A DNA stretch of 64,000 nt from an uncultured bacterium (lineage in GTDB: Bacteria > Acidobacteriota > Aminicenantia > UBA2199): contig CBFDCR010000004.1 of assembly GCA_965603365.1 (NCBI GenBank), forward strand, positions 21,260 to 85,259, read 5' to 3'. The notes under the pieces are model-generated. The model did not search any database and was not told where the DNA came from. It saw only the letters and a program-made list of their open reading frames with translations. The translations under genes and the position numbers were made by a program. Below, piece after piece: positions 1-9,700 of the stretch. How positions within the stretch are numbered: the first letter of the stretch is position 1; each line of letters begins with the position of its first letter.

Positions 1-47
1 CGCCATGTGAATACATACTGGTCACGGAGGTTATAAGGAGGTAGCAC

Positions 48-797
48 ATGAAGGACAACCTGTTTAAAAGCCTGATTTCCGACAGACAGCGATCCAAAAA
101 ATGGCTGCTGTTCCCCTTCTCCGCACTGTTCCATGCCCTGGTCATCGCCGCCGTCGTGGTGGCCCCCCTGATGGATGCCAAAAGCTCCTTTCCGGACCTG
201 AAAGTAATCGGTGTTATGTTGGCCGCCCCGCCCGTACCTACTCCGCCTCCGCCGCCGGCCGGCCCACCCGCAGGTAAGACATCGAAGCGACCCGTCAAGA
301 CGAAAGACGACGCGGCCAAACCTGAACCCCCACCCAGACCCACCAACAGCGGATTGGTGGCGCCGGTGGAGGTTCCCGATGTCATCGAAGACGAAGACAT
401 CGGGGATTTTGGTTTCCCCGACGGCGTTGTAGGCGGCGTGCCCGGCGGGGTCGAAGGCGGCGTGCCCGGCGGGGTGCTGGGCGGTTTACTGACAGATACA
501 GCCCAGGCGAACAACTTCCCGGTGACCCGGGTTCAGCAGCCCAGATTGATCAGACAGGTAGACCCGCAGTACCCGCAATCTGCCTTGATGGCCCGAATTC
601 ACGGCGTAGTCATCATCGAAGCGGTTACAGATATCTACGGCAGAGTCAGGACAACCAGAGTCATCTCGGGCCATCCGCTGCTCAAGAATGCAGCCGTGGA
701 AGCGGTGAGTAAATGGATCTATGAACCCTACATCGTCAACGGCATCCCCAAACCGGTGGTCTTCACCGTCACCGTAAACTTCCGGCTCCACCAGTAA
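48..797 (+). CDS. TonB family energy-transducer protein (N-terminal membrane anchor, Pro-rich spacer, C-terminal TonB domain)
   Basis: N-terminal hydrophobic helix FPFSALFHALVIAAVVVAPL, PPVPTPPPPPAGPP proline tract, C-terminal ~90 aa with TonB-like ...QYPQSALMARIHGVVIIEAVTDIYGRV...NGIPKPVVFTVTVNF motif pattern. Confidence 0.7.
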   Translation: MKDNLFKSLISDRQRSKKWLLFPFSALFHALVIAAVVVAPLMDAKSSFPDLKVIGVMLAAPPVPTPPPPPAGPPAGKTSKRPVKTKDDAAKPEPPPRPTNSGLVAPVEVPDVIEDEDIGDFGFPDGVVGGVPGGVEGGVPGGVLGGLLTDTAQANNFPVTRVQQPRLIRQVDPQYPQSALMARIHGVVIIEAVTDIYGRVRTTRVISGHPLLKNAAVEAVSKWIYEPYIVNGIPKPVVFTVTVNFRLHQ

Positions 798-844
798 TCG
801 CAACCTCCTCACCCCTCACCTCACCGCCATCCCTCCTTACCAAC

Positions 845-880
845 AGGGGCGATCCTTTGTGATCGCCCCTCTTCTTTTCC
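845..880 (+). terminator. Rho-independent terminator-like hairpin downstream of the tonB-like gene
   Basis: GGGGCGATC-cttugt-GATCGCCCC perfect 9-bp stem followed by tcttcttttcc T-rich tract. Confidence 0.55.
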
Positions 881-944
881 ACCCATTTTCTTCACCTACC
901 ATATATTTCATCACTAAATAATTTTTTTGTTTTGGTTGGATATG

Positions 945-953
945 TGATATAAT
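945..953 (+). promoter_or_regulatory. extended -10 element (TGaTATAAT) upstream of the epimerase gene
   Basis: TGATATAAT at 945-953 in an AT-rich intergenic region; no good -35 at 17-bp spacing. Confidence 0.3.
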
Positions 954-967
954 TTCTGTTAACATTT

Positions 968-2059
968 ATGGGTAGGAACGTGACCAGAGAAAAAAAAGTA
1001 TTGATTACCGGTATTGCCGGGTTTATCGGTTTTCACCTGGCTAAAAGATTATTGTCCCTGGATTTCGAGATCGTCGGCATCGATAATCTCAATCCTTATT
1101 ACGACCCCCGGCTCAAACAGGATCGGTTGAAGGAACTGGGATTTTCTTCAAAGCAAATCGATGTCGTGTCCGGGAATGAGCCTATCCGTTTAAAGGCCAG
1201 AGAGGAGCTAACTTTCTATAAAGTGGACCTGGGTGACCGGGAAAAATTTGCGAAGATTTTCGAGGCGGAAAAACCGGATTATGTGGTGCACCTGGCGGCC
1301 CAGGCAGGGGTGCGGTATTCGCTGGAAAATCCCTATACCTATATCCAGAGTAATATTGCCGGTTTTCTGAATGTGCTGGAGAACTGCCGGCATCTGCCTG
1401 TAAAGCACCTGGTATTTGCCTCCTCTTCGTCGGTATACGGATCGAACGAACGGATGCCCTTCTCGGAACATCACAACGTGGACCACCCCATATCGTTGTA
1501 TGCGGCCACCAAAAAATCCAGCGAGCTGATGGCCCACACCTATGCCCATCTCTACCACATACCCTGCACCGGCCTGAGATTTTTTACGGTCTACGGACCC
1601 TGGGGGCGACCCGATATGGCCACATTTATCTTCACCCACAAAATCTTCAACAATATCCCCATCGAGGTGTACAACCACGGCAACATGGAGCGGGATTTCA
1701 CCTATATCGACGACATCGTCGAGGGGGTTTACCGGGTCATGCTGAAAATACCCGGAGGCAACGACAAATGGGACGGCCTGGTACCGGACCCGGCTTCGTC
1801 AAAGGCTCCTTATCTTCTATTTAATATCGGCAACCACCGGCCGGTGAATTTGAAGGATTTCATCGCCGTGATCGAGCAAAAACTGTCGATGAAAGCCAGC
1901 ATAAAATTCCTGCCCATGCAAAAAGGGGACGTGCTGTCTACTTACGCGGATATCGACGCCCTGTATCAACACGTGGGTTATAAACCGGTCACCCCTATCG
2001 AACAGGGGATCTCCAGATTTGTGGACTGGTATCTGGGCTATTACGGCAATCGGAAATAA
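968..2059 (+). CDS. NAD-dependent nucleotide-sugar epimerase/dehydratase (UDP-glucuronate 4-epimerase-like SDR)
   Basis: Rossmann motif VLITGIAGFIGFHL, catalytic YAATKKSSE (YxxxK), extended-SDR layout; alternative GTG start at 980 (MTREKKVLITG). Confidence 0.8.
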   Translation: MGRNVTREKKVLITGIAGFIGFHLAKRLLSLDFEIVGIDNLNPYYDPRLKQDRLKELGFSSKQIDVVSGNEPIRLKAREELTFYKVDLGDREKFAKIFEAEKPDYVVHLAAQAGVRYSLENPYTYIQSNIAGFLNVLENCRHLPVKHLVFASSSSVYGSNERMPFSEHHNVDHPISLYAATKKSSELMAHTYAHLYHIPCTGLRFFTVYGPWGRPDMATFIFTHKIFNNIPIEVYNHGNMERDFTYIDDIVEGVYRVMLKIPGGNDKWDGLVPDPASSKAPYLLFNIGNHRPVNLKDFIAVIEQKLSMKASIKFLPMQKGDVLSTYADIDALYQHVGYKPVTPIEQGISRFVDWYLGYYGNRK

Positions 2060-2071
2060 AAGGAAACGACC

Positions 2072-3451
2072 ATGGCATTTAAGAAAAACATATTGTGCAT
2101 CGGCGCCGGATACGTCGGCGGCCCCACCATGTCGGTGATCGCGCTCAAATGCCCCGAATACAGAATCGAGGTGGTGGACATCAATCCCGAGAGAATCCGG
2201 CAGTGGAATTCCGATAAACTCCCGATTTTTGAACCGGGACTCGACGAAATCGTCAAACAGTGCCGGGGTAAGAACCTCTTCTTCTCCACCGACATCAATA
2301 AAGGTATCCGGCAGGCGGCTATCATTTTTGTCTCCGTAAACACCCCCACCAAGACCTTTGGCGAGGGTGCGGGCATGGCTTCGGATATGCGCTACTGGGA
2401 ACGAACCGCCCATCAAATCCTGGAAAATGCCGACAGCGATAAAATCATCGTGGAGAAGAGTACCCTGCCGGTGAGAACCGCCGAGGCCATGGAAAGAATA
2501 CTCAAAGCCGGTACAGGCGATATTCACTTCGAAGTGGTGTCCAACCCGGAGTTCCTGGCCGAGGGCACGGCCATCAACGATCTGCTCTACAGCGACCGGG
2601 TGCTCATCGGTTCCCATCAAAGCGAAGAGGGCATTGCCGCTGCCCGGCAAATTGTAGAAATCTATACCCACTGGCTGCCCCGGGATAAAATCATTACCAC
2701 CAATTTATGGTCGTCGGAACTCTCCAAACTGGTGGCCAATGCCTTCCTGGCCCAGCGGATCTCGTCGATCAATGCCGTGTCCGCCCTGTGTGAACAGACG
2801 GATGCCGATGTCTCGGAGATCGCCTATGCAGTGGGCACCGATTCCAGGATCGGCTCAAAATTCTTGAATGCCAGTATCGGGTTTGGCGGCTCCTGCTTTA
2901 AAAAGGACATCCTCAACCTGGTTTACATCGCCCGGAGTTACCACTTAAACGAAGTGGCGGACTACTGGGAAATGGTGGTCCGGTTGAATGAATACCAGAA
3001 GGCCCAGTTTGTGCGAAAAATCGTCCGGGCCATGTTCAATACGGTGGCGGAAAAGAAAATCGCCCTGTTTGGCTTTGCCTTCAAGGCCAACACCGGCGAT
3101 ACCAGGGAATCGCCGGCCATCACCATCGCCAAAAAGCTGCTGGAAGAGAAGGCCAAAATCGCCATAACCGATCCCAGGGCCCTGGACAATGCCCGGGTGG
3201 ATCTGCGGGGAATCGATGCCCATGTGCAGTACGAAATCGACCCTTACAAGGCTGCCGAAGGGGCCTGCGGCATCGCCGTGGTTACCGAGTGGGAGGCATT
3301 CAAGGACCTCGATTACCGGAAGATATTCCAGTCCATGCAAAAACCGGCCTTTATCTTCGACGGCAGAAGTATCCTGGACCACCAAAAACTGTATCAAATC
3401 GGTTTTAACGTTTATCCTCTGGGTCGCGCAGCCATGACCCATTTTAAATAA
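2072..3451 (+). CDS. ugd: UDP-glucose 6-dehydrogenase
   Basis: N-terminal NAD-binding CIGAGYVGGPT, catalytic-Cys region GFGGSCFKKDILNL, ~460 aa typical length. Confidence 0.85.
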   Translation: MAFKKNILCIGAGYVGGPTMSVIALKCPEYRIEVVDINPERIRQWNSDKLPIFEPGLDEIVKQCRGKNLFFSTDINKGIRQAAIIFVSVNTPTKTFGEGAGMASDMRYWERTAHQILENADSDKIIVEKSTLPVRTAEAMERILKAGTGDIHFEVVSNPEFLAEGTAINDLLYSDRVLIGSHQSEEGIAAARQIVEIYTHWLPRDKIITTNLWSSELSKLVANAFLAQRISSINAVSALCEQTDADVSEIAYAVGTDSRIGSKFLNASIGFGGSCFKKDILNLVYIARSYHLNEVADYWEMVVRLNEYQKAQFVRKIVRAMFNTVAEKKIALFGFAFKANTGDTRESPAITIAKKLLEEKAKIAITDPRALDNARVDLRGIDAHVQYEIDPYKAAEGACGIAVVTEWEAFKDLDYRKIFQSMQKPAFIFDGRSILDHQKLYQIGFNVYPLGRAAMTHFK

Positions 3452-3462
3452 GGAGAGAGCAG

Positions 3463-5295
3463 ATGTGCGGCATTATCAGTTACTGCGGCAGTAAGCCGGC
3501 CATACCGATATTAATGGACGGTTTGAAGCGTTTAGAGTACCGGGGATATGACTCGGCAGGCTTCGCCGTCATCCAGGGGGGCCAAACCGTATTGGTCAAA
3601 ACCGTGGGCAAAGTGTCTAAGCTGGACGAGAAGAGAGCGGGTCTTAGAATTGAATCCACTTTCGGTATTGCCCACACCCGCTGGGCCACCCACGGCAAGC
3701 CCTCGGAACAGAACTCTCACCCCCACACCGACTGCACCAATAAAATCAGCCTGGTCCACAACGGCATCATCGAGAATTACCTGGAGATCAAAGAGGATCT
3801 GCTGCAAAAGAATCATGTCTTCACCTCAGAAACCGATACCGAAGTGGTCGCCCACCTCATCGAAGAGAACTTCAGCGGTGACCTGGAAGTCGCCGTGCTC
3901 AAATCGGTCAAGAGACTGGTGGGCACGTTTGGCATCGCCATCATGCACGCCGATATCGACCATCAAATCATCATCGCCAAACGGGGCAGCCCCATTATCA
4001 TCGGCATCGGCGACGGGGAATACTTCGCGGCTTCCGACTCCAACGCCATCTCTCCCTATACCAACAAGATGATCTACTTAAGCGACGACGAGATGGCGGT
4101 CCTGAACTCGAACGAATACTACATCAAAAACATGAGAAACGAGATCCTGGAGAAGAAAATAGAAATATTGGACGAAGAGACCATCAAGGTGGACAAAAAG
4201 GGATTCGATCACTACATGTTGAAGGAGATCTACGAACAGCCCGAGAGTATCGAAAACGCCTTCCGGGGCAGGTTGATCGAAAGTGAAGGAGTATCCAAGC
4301 TGGGAGGCCTGGAACCGGTACTGGACCGGTTAAAAAACATCAAAAAATTGATCGTCGTCTCCTGCGGTACCAGTTACTATGCCGGACTGCTGGGCCGATA
4401 TATCTTCGAGACCCTGACGGAATTGAATGTAGAAGCCGAACTGGCCTCCGAATTTCGCTACCGAAGACTCCACCTCGACGAACACGTAGCGGTGCTGGCA
4501 CTCTCCCAATCGGGTGAAACCGCCGATACCCTGGCCGCCATCAAAGAGGCCAAGCGAAAAGGCGCGCTGCTGCTGGGCATCGTGAATGTGGTGGGCTCGG
4601 CCATCGCCCAGATCACCGATTCCGGTGTTTATAACCACGCCGGGCCCGAAATCGGCGTGGCCTCCACCAAGATCTATACCTCCCAACTGGTGATTCTCAC
4701 CCTGATGGCCCTCCTCATCGGCCGCTACCAGAGTATCTCTTATATCGAAGGCAGCGGCATCATCAATGCCATCACCAGGCTGCCCGACCAGGTGAAGGAC
4801 ATTTTAACCAAGGAAAACATCGAGCACATCAAAAAAGTCGCCCTGAAATACACCCGGTACCGGGATTTTCTCTACATCGGCCGGCTCTACAACTATCCCA
4901 CCGCCATGGAGGGCGCGCTGAAACTCAAGGAGATCTCCTACATCCATGCCGAGGGCTATCCCGCCGGCGAGATGAAGCACGGCCCCATCTCGTTGATCGA
5001 TGGAGATTTCCCCACCGTGGCCATCGCCCCGGACGACCTGACCATAGACAAAATGATCAGCAATATCCAGGAGATAAAGGCCCGGGACGGTAAGATCATC
5101 TCCGTCACCAATGAGGGTGCCAAAAAGATCATCGAAATGTCCGACGACGTGCTGATCGTGCCCCGCACCATCGATATCCTGCAGCCGGTGCTCAACGTCA
5201 TCCCCCTGCAATTGTTTGCCTATTATATTGCCAGAGAGCGGGGCTGCGACATCGATAAACCCCGGAACCTGGCCAAGTCGGTCACCGTAGAGTAA
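3463..5295 (+). CDS. glmS: glutamine--fructose-6-phosphate aminotransferase (isomerizing)
   Basis: N-terminal MCGI (Cys2 Ntn amidotransferase), two SIS domains, canonical C-terminal ...KSVTVE; RBS AAGGAGAG upstream. Confidence 0.95.
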   Translation: MCGIISYCGSKPAIPILMDGLKRLEYRGYDSAGFAVIQGGQTVLVKTVGKVSKLDEKRAGLRIESTFGIAHTRWATHGKPSEQNSHPHTDCTNKISLVHNGIIENYLEIKEDLLQKNHVFTSETDTEVVAHLIEENFSGDLEVAVLKSVKRLVGTFGIAIMHADIDHQIIIAKRGSPIIIGIGDGEYFAASDSNAISPYTNKMIYLSDDEMAVLNSNEYYIKNMRNEILEKKIEILDEETIKVDKKGFDHYMLKEIYEQPESIENAFRGRLIESEGVSKLGGLEPVLDRLKNIKKLIVVSCGTSYYAGLLGRYIFETLTELNVEAELASEFRYRRLHLDEHVAVLALSQSGETADTLAAIKEAKRKGALLLGIVNVVGSAIAQITDSGVYNHAGPEIGVASTKIYTSQLVILTLMALLIGRYQSISYIEGSGIINAITRLPDQVKDILTKENIEHIKKVALKYTRYRDFLYIGRLYNYPTAMEGALKLKEISYIHAEGYPAGEMKHGPISLIDGDFPTVAIAPDDLTIDKMISNIQEIKARDGKIISVTNEGAKKIIEMSDDVLIVPRTIDILQPVLNVIPLQLFAYYIARERGCDIDKPRNLAKSVTVE

Positions 5296-5308
5296 AAAAA
5301 TTGGCCTG

Positions 5309-5965
5309 ATGGAAGATCGGGATAGTGGAATGTTGACCATTAAAAACAAACTGTCGGACCGGCTCAAGGTGGGGGTCAACATCTACCGGGATATCCAACT
5401 CACGGATCCGGCAGCATTGGCGGCCTTCATCGACGATGAGATCATAAAAATCAAAGAGAGCCATTTACGAGAGCTGCCCCCGGGATTTGCCTTTTCCCGC
5501 CAGTTGTACCGGGATTTTCATATCGACCCCACCAAAACCCGCCCCTCATCCGAAGCCCTGTGGCGCCGCCTCAAAAACAAGGACGACTTCCCCCGGGTCA
5601 ACCCCTTCGTAGACCTCACCAACCTCCTCTCCCTGAAATTCCAGGTCTGCTTCGGCCTCTACGATATCGACCGGCTCGGCAGTGACATCACCATCGACGT
5701 GGGCGGTGAATCGGATTTCTACGAAGGCATCCGCAAAGACACCATCCACCTAAACGGCAAGATTACCCTCAAAGATCACCACGGCCCCTTCGGCAACCCC
5801 TCGGCCGACTCCCCCCGCACCGCCGTCACCGAAACCACCCAAAACATCCTCCAGACCCTCTTCCTCCACCCCCTCGACCCCCAGGCCCCAAACCTCACCC
5901 ACCAGGCCCACAATACTTTCAGCCAATTCTTCCATATCACCCATTCCCAAACCCGACTGCTTTAG
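5309..5965 (+). CDS. B3/B4 tRNA-binding domain protein (PheT B3/4-like)
   Basis: DLTNLLSLKFQVCFGLYDIDRL...GESDFYEGIRKD pattern of the B3_4 domain; unusual low-complexity C-terminal ~45 aa may be over-extension; alternative start M8 (5330). Confidence 0.55.
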   Translation: MEDRDSGMLTIKNKLSDRLKVGVNIYRDIQLTDPAALAAFIDDEIIKIKESHLRELPPGFAFSRQLYRDFHIDPTKTRPSSEALWRRLKNKDDFPRVNPFVDLTNLLSLKFQVCFGLYDIDRLGSDITIDVGGESDFYEGIRKDTIHLNGKITLKDHHGPFGNPSADSPRTAVTETTQNILQTLFLHPLDPQAPNLTHQAHNTFSQFFHITHSQTRLL

Positions 5966-6006
5966 GGATTTTCGATCCTTCTCTCCTCCATAATCTTTCC
6001 AGTTAC

Positions 6007-6279
6007 TATGGGGGTCATTTGGTCGGGGATGGGGATGATTTCTGCGCTTATGGGAATGGTTTTGTCCGTTATGGGGACGGTTTTGCCGCTTATGGGAATG
6101 GTTTTGCCGGGTATGTGGACCGTTTCGGAGGGTATGGGAATGGTTTTTCCCCTTATGGGGATGATTTTTCCGGCTATGGGGATGGTTTCGCCCGTTATGG
6201 GAATGATTTTGCCCGCTATGTGAATGGTTTTGCCGGGTATGGGAATGGTTTTGCCGCTTATGGGAGTGATTTTTCCGCA
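6007..6279. repeat. 21-bp tandem repeat array A (13 units, consensus ~TATGGGAATGGTTTTGCCGCT)
   Basis: TATGGG motif recurs at 6007, 6028, 6049, 6070, 6091, 6112, 6133, 6154, 6175, 6196, 6217, 6238 and 6259 with an exact 21-bp period; lies in the convergent intergenic region between the B3/4 gene and the 6316-7374 gene. Confidence 0.9.
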
Positions 6280-6315
6280 CTCCCGGGGGCGGGCTGGGGA
6301 AGTGGTGACAGGGGA

Positions 6316-7374
6316 TTAATACACGGTGAGGTTGAATTGGGGGAGGAGTTGTTGGAGGACGTAGAGGCGGTGGTACCAGGCGGCACGGATAAATCGGCAG
6401 GCATCGGATTCCCGGGCAAACGATCGGTCCGCTTCGATGTATTTGAGCCGGGCCACCTCCCAGTGGTATTTGTCATAATTGACACCGATATCGATGCGAC
6501 TGGGGGGAAACAGCTCGCCATCCCGGATGGCCTGCTTCCACCGCTTCACCCGCTCCGCCTTGTCTTCAGATTCAAAGCCGATGATCGCCTTTACCGGGGC
6601 CTCAATATCCGGCCACTGCCGGCGGGTCCTGTCGTCGGCATACTTCCTGGCCTTCTCGGCAAATTGGCCGAAAAAGCGGTGCAGTTCCCTGGCACCCTCC
6701 AGGAAATCGCCGGCATTGTTCCTCGTCACCTTGCCGCCCGACAGCGCCGCCGACTCCGGCTCATACTCCCAGCTCAGGAAAGGGGTATCCGGGTAACTGT
6801 CCACCGAGCCGTGTCCCACCGGCACCAACTCGGCAAACACACCGGCATACTTTTCCAGTTTGGCGGCAATATTCTGCAATACCGTGGTGTTGACCACATT
6901 GTGGGTCGTGATGGTGCGATTCTTCACCTTATTCCAACCGTGGGAGATGCCCACAAAGCCGTAATGGGCAAAGGTGTCGGCAAACACGTGGGCCACCACC
7001 CCGATGAGATGGGGCCAGAGGGGCCGATTCTTTTCAGCCAGGGTATCGGTGAGCATCTGCTGGGCCGGTCGGCTGTTTTTGCGGCAGGCCATACGCTCCA
7101 CGAAACTGCCGTCCGTCGGTTCATTGCCGGGCAGGAAGTGAAAGGGCACCCACACCTTCCACTGGTCCCCGGCCATGGCATTCTGGAAGTCCAGGGGCTT
7201 GTGGCTGGTCATGGTGGGCACGATGGCAAAATCCCTGGAAATCTCGACCTCATCGTCTTCGGTGGCATCATCGACATATTGGGAACAGTAGGCGATGATC
7301 CGGGCCGCCTTATCCTGGATACCGGCAGCCCGGGCCAACGCATACACCCCATAAAAATGCATATCAATCTGCAT
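6316..7374 (-). CDS. hypothetical protein, His/Asp-rich; possibly a metal-dependent hydrolase of the Zn-PLC/P1-nuclease-like fold (weak)
   Basis: Long ORF with host-like GC and a strong GGAGG RBS 6 nt upstream of ATG 7374. H near the N-terminus (MHFYGVYALARAAG), HVFADTFAH (H-x3-D-x3-H) and several other conserved-looking His/Asp/Glu. Fold assignment is from memory only. Confidence 0.55.
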   Translation of the reverse strand: MQIDMHFYGVYALARAAGIQDKAARIIAYCSQYVDDATEDDEVEISRDFAIVPTMTSHKPLDFQNAMAGDQWKVWVPFHFLPGNEPTDGSFVERMACRKNSRPAQQMLTDTLAEKNRPLWPHLIGVVAHVFADTFAHYGFVGISHGWNKVKNRTITTHNVVNTTVLQNIAAKLEKYAGVFAELVPVGHGSVDSYPDTPFLSWEYEPESAALSGGKVTRNNAGDFLEGARELHRFFGQFAEKARKYADDRTRRQWPDIEAPVKAIIGFESEDKAERVKRWKQAIRDGELFPPSRIDIGVNYDKYHWEVARLKYIEADRSFARESDACRFIRAAWYHRLYVLQQLLPQFNLTVY

Positions 7375-7402
7375 ATTGTCCCTCCTCGTTATATTTTTTT
7401 AT

Positions 7403-8953
7403 TCATTTATTTTTTATTTTATTATGCGCTTCGGATAACGCCTCATACCAGATAAGACCTTCGGGGACGGATTTCCGTTCTTTATCAACACCTATAATAT
7501 TTATTCCCTCTTCTAACTCCAATCGCAGTTTATTCCTGTATTCAATCATTAATTCATCGGTATCCAGGCCCTTATGTTCACCAGTATAATGAAAGATAAA
7601 AATTTGTTTGTTCTCATCTTCTATAAGTGATCTAAACATACCGTTAATATGACCATCATCGGTATTAAATCCATACCCAATGACACAAATCACATCAGAT
7701 TTCCTGAATTCATCGTATAATTTAACATATCTTTCTGACATTCTTACGGAAGTCAAAGGTTTGATGCCGCTTTGAGTAAACAAAAAGGGAACCGTTATAT
7801 GATCGCCCTTTGTTAATTTCTCAACCTTTACAATCTTATTTAAATATGGATCATAGAAATCCCTAACAGATCCGTTCAGAAAAAATACATCTCTTTTAGT
7901 AACCTCTTCAATAAAGGTATTGTAATTTGTAGTCCCAATGGTTTTAATATCAAACAGGAATTTATCCTCCAAAACGTCATGATAATAACCTGGTCCCGCT
8001 TTACATCGTTCTATATATTTTTTAGCTATTTCGTAAATATAACGCCTGACAGTATGCAAAAAGATGGCAATTTTACAAAACTTTGCCCAATCAGTCTTGG
8101 GACTGTACAAATATCTCCAGTAGCTATCGATCAAAGATTGATAATCTAATGCCTTTGCATAGAGATCCTCTAAAATCATCTTCCCGAATTGGATGATAAT
8201 GTTTTCATCAGACCCTGTTGGGAAATTAATGAAACTCTCTGACACGATATAATCCAAACCTTCCAAACCCGTACGCCTGTAATCCAGAGAGAAGATACTT
8301 TCAAACTCATCAAAAACATCAATCCCAGGTGGCGTTTTAGCGAAGACTCCATCATTCAATCGGTGAATTAAGGCTTCTCCACAGGAACCGATTAACAATT
8401 CCAATACAGCTTTGACTATTTTCTTGACCTCAACCCTGAATTGTTTACTAATCCCTGAAGTTTCGAGAATATTCAACAATGCAGAAAAATAACTGCTACC
8501 GAAAATTTTATTATAATCACCTAAGCTTGTAGATAAGGCAATTAACTGTGTGTATAATTTTGAACCAAACTTTATATGGGTAATATTTTCAAAGCTTTCC
8601 TTTACTTTGTTCCCTCTCTCACTAAAACTATTCGCATGCCCCTTTACATTTCTATCAAAATCATTTAAATAATTCAAAATAACATCCCGTTTGTTTTCGA
8701 GACTGCCTTTTACTAAAGATTCTAAATGAGATTTCCCGAATGCTGAAACAGGTTTCTTTAAATATCCCAAAGGTAGCCAGTGGGATGCATAAATAGAACC
8801 CTCGGCTACCATTTTTCGTTTTTCATTAAAATCATTTTTATCTCCACTAACATCCATTCTAAATATTTCCAATGCAAATTTTCCACCGGACGGAAGCCCA
8901 TAAGACATCTCCGCCCCTGCGCCGAAAAAAAGGGCCAATGTTGGTCTTTCCAT
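7403..8953 (-). CDS. SIR2-like domain protein (SIR2_2 / 'DSR-like' NADase family), 516 aa
   Basis: N-terminal LALFFGAGAEMSYGLPSGGKFALEIF matches the GAGxS...GLP motif at the start of SIR2_2 domains. Later VICVIGYGFNTDDGHINGMF matches the C-terminal IGYSF.D motif. Low GC (~40%), GAGGAG RBS, 21-bp gap from the upstream membrane-protein gene. Confidence 0.75.
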   Translation of the reverse strand: MERPTLALFFGAGAEMSYGLPSGGKFALEIFRMDVSGDKNDFNEKRKMVAEGSIYASHWLPLGYLKKPVSAFGKSHLESLVKGSLENKRDVILNYLNDFDRNVKGHANSFSERGNKVKESFENITHIKFGSKLYTQLIALSTSLGDYNKIFGSSYFSALLNILETSGISKQFRVEVKKIVKAVLELLIGSCGEALIHRLNDGVFAKTPPGIDVFDEFESIFSLDYRRTGLEGLDYIVSESFINFPTGSDENIIIQFGKMILEDLYAKALDYQSLIDSYWRYLYSPKTDWAKFCKIAIFLHTVRRYIYEIAKKYIERCKAGPGYYHDVLEDKFLFDIKTIGTTNYNTFIEEVTKRDVFFLNGSVRDFYDPYLNKIVKVEKLTKGDHITVPFLFTQSGIKPLTSVRMSERYVKLYDEFRKSDVICVIGYGFNTDDGHINGMFRSLIEDENKQIFIFHYTGEHKGLDTDELMIEYRNKLRLELEEGINIIGVDKERKSVPEGLIWYEALSEAHNKIKNK

Positions 8954-8974
8954 TTTATCCTCCCTCTCCTCTTT

Positions 8975-9700
8975 TTATTTATTATTTGCGTTCTCATTTG
9001 TGTTTTTATTTTTCTCGTTACTTAATTTGTCGGTTCTCCCCTCATCGACCTTATTCTTAAACAACGAGTTAAATATCTCATTTAATTTATCAATGGCCTG
9101 TTTGGAAAACATCCCGGATAAAGCGGCAAATCCCATTACACTGAAAGGCCGTAGTGTTGAGACTTCGGTTTGAATGACGAGAAGACTTCCTTTTATGATC
9201 ATAAAAACAATAAGCGCCAGTACCGAACCGATGGGGAGACGCAGCCAATACCACCAGTACCAACTGGGGTGGAATTTACGATTACCGATAAAATCCGAAA
9301 AAGAAGTAGCTGCATGGATATAGCTGCCCAGGGCACCGGCTATCAACACCAATAGTAACAGACGCAATTCATGGGAAATTTCTAAACCCAACAAAAGCGT
9401 CTTTTTCGACCAATTGTCCTGATCACTTTTCCCTTCTACCGATTGCGTCTCCAGGCTGTCGGTTCTGGCTTCGGCCTGGATATCTGGGGACGCCACTGCC
9501 GGTGGTTTCGACGATGTGGGAGGTTCCACCTTTAAGGGCCAGAATTCAATGATAAAAAGAATCATAATAAAGGGTACGATTATTAAAAAAGCGCCCAGGA
9601 AAAAGCGCTTGCATCCGGTATCCTTTGATTTCAGTGGCGGCTCAGCAGGCTGCTGCTTCTCCAAACCCGAGTTTTTCCCTTCTCTAGTTTCCTCAGTCAT
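8975..9700 (-). CDS. small polytopic membrane protein (3-4 predicted TM helices), first gene of the SIR2 cassette
   Basis: Hydrophobic spans FFLGAFLIIVPFIMILFIIEFW, LRLLLLVLIAGALGSYIHAATSF, WYWLRLPIGSVLALIVFMIIKGSLLV, FSVMGFAALSGMF; charged N-terminus and Asn/Lys-rich C-terminal tail; GAGGAG RBS. Confidence 0.65.
   Translation of the reverse strand: MTEETREGKNSGLEKQQPAEPPLKSKDTGCKRFFLGAFLIIVPFIMILFIIEFWPLKVEPPTSSKPPAVASPDIQAEARTDSLETQSVEGKSDQDNWSKKTLLLGLEISHELRLLLLVLIAGALGSYIHAATSFSDFIGNRKFHPSWYWWYWLRLPIGSVLALIVFMIIKGSLLVIQTEVSTLRPFSVMGFAALSGMFSKQAIDKLNEIFNSLFKNKVDEGRTDKLSNEKNKNTNENANNK

Noticed and set aside
3452-3462. glmS ribozyme upstream of glmS
   Set aside because: Only 11 nt separate ugd and glmS, so there is no room for a ribozyme
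6007-6279. Possibility that the 21-bp arrays are CRISPR arrays
   Set aside because: Units are contiguous with no unique spacers and no cas genes. Period 21 bp is tandem-repeat, not repeat-spacer, architecture
5750-6280. 176-aa minus-strand ORF encoding a His-rich NHSHKRQ heptad repeat
   Set aside because: The repeat is the reverse frame of tandem array A, the ORF overlaps the 3' end of the B3/4-domain gene and has no recognisable RBS. A His-rich metal-binding protein cannot be excluded but is less likely than non-coding repeat DNA
6019-7455. 478-aa plus-strand ORF beginning with YGNGFAA heptads
   Set aside because: Its N-terminus is simply the translation of the 21-bp tandem array and the remainder is antisense to a far more protein-like minus-strand ORF (6316-7374, strong RBS, no low-complexity). 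Treated as spurious
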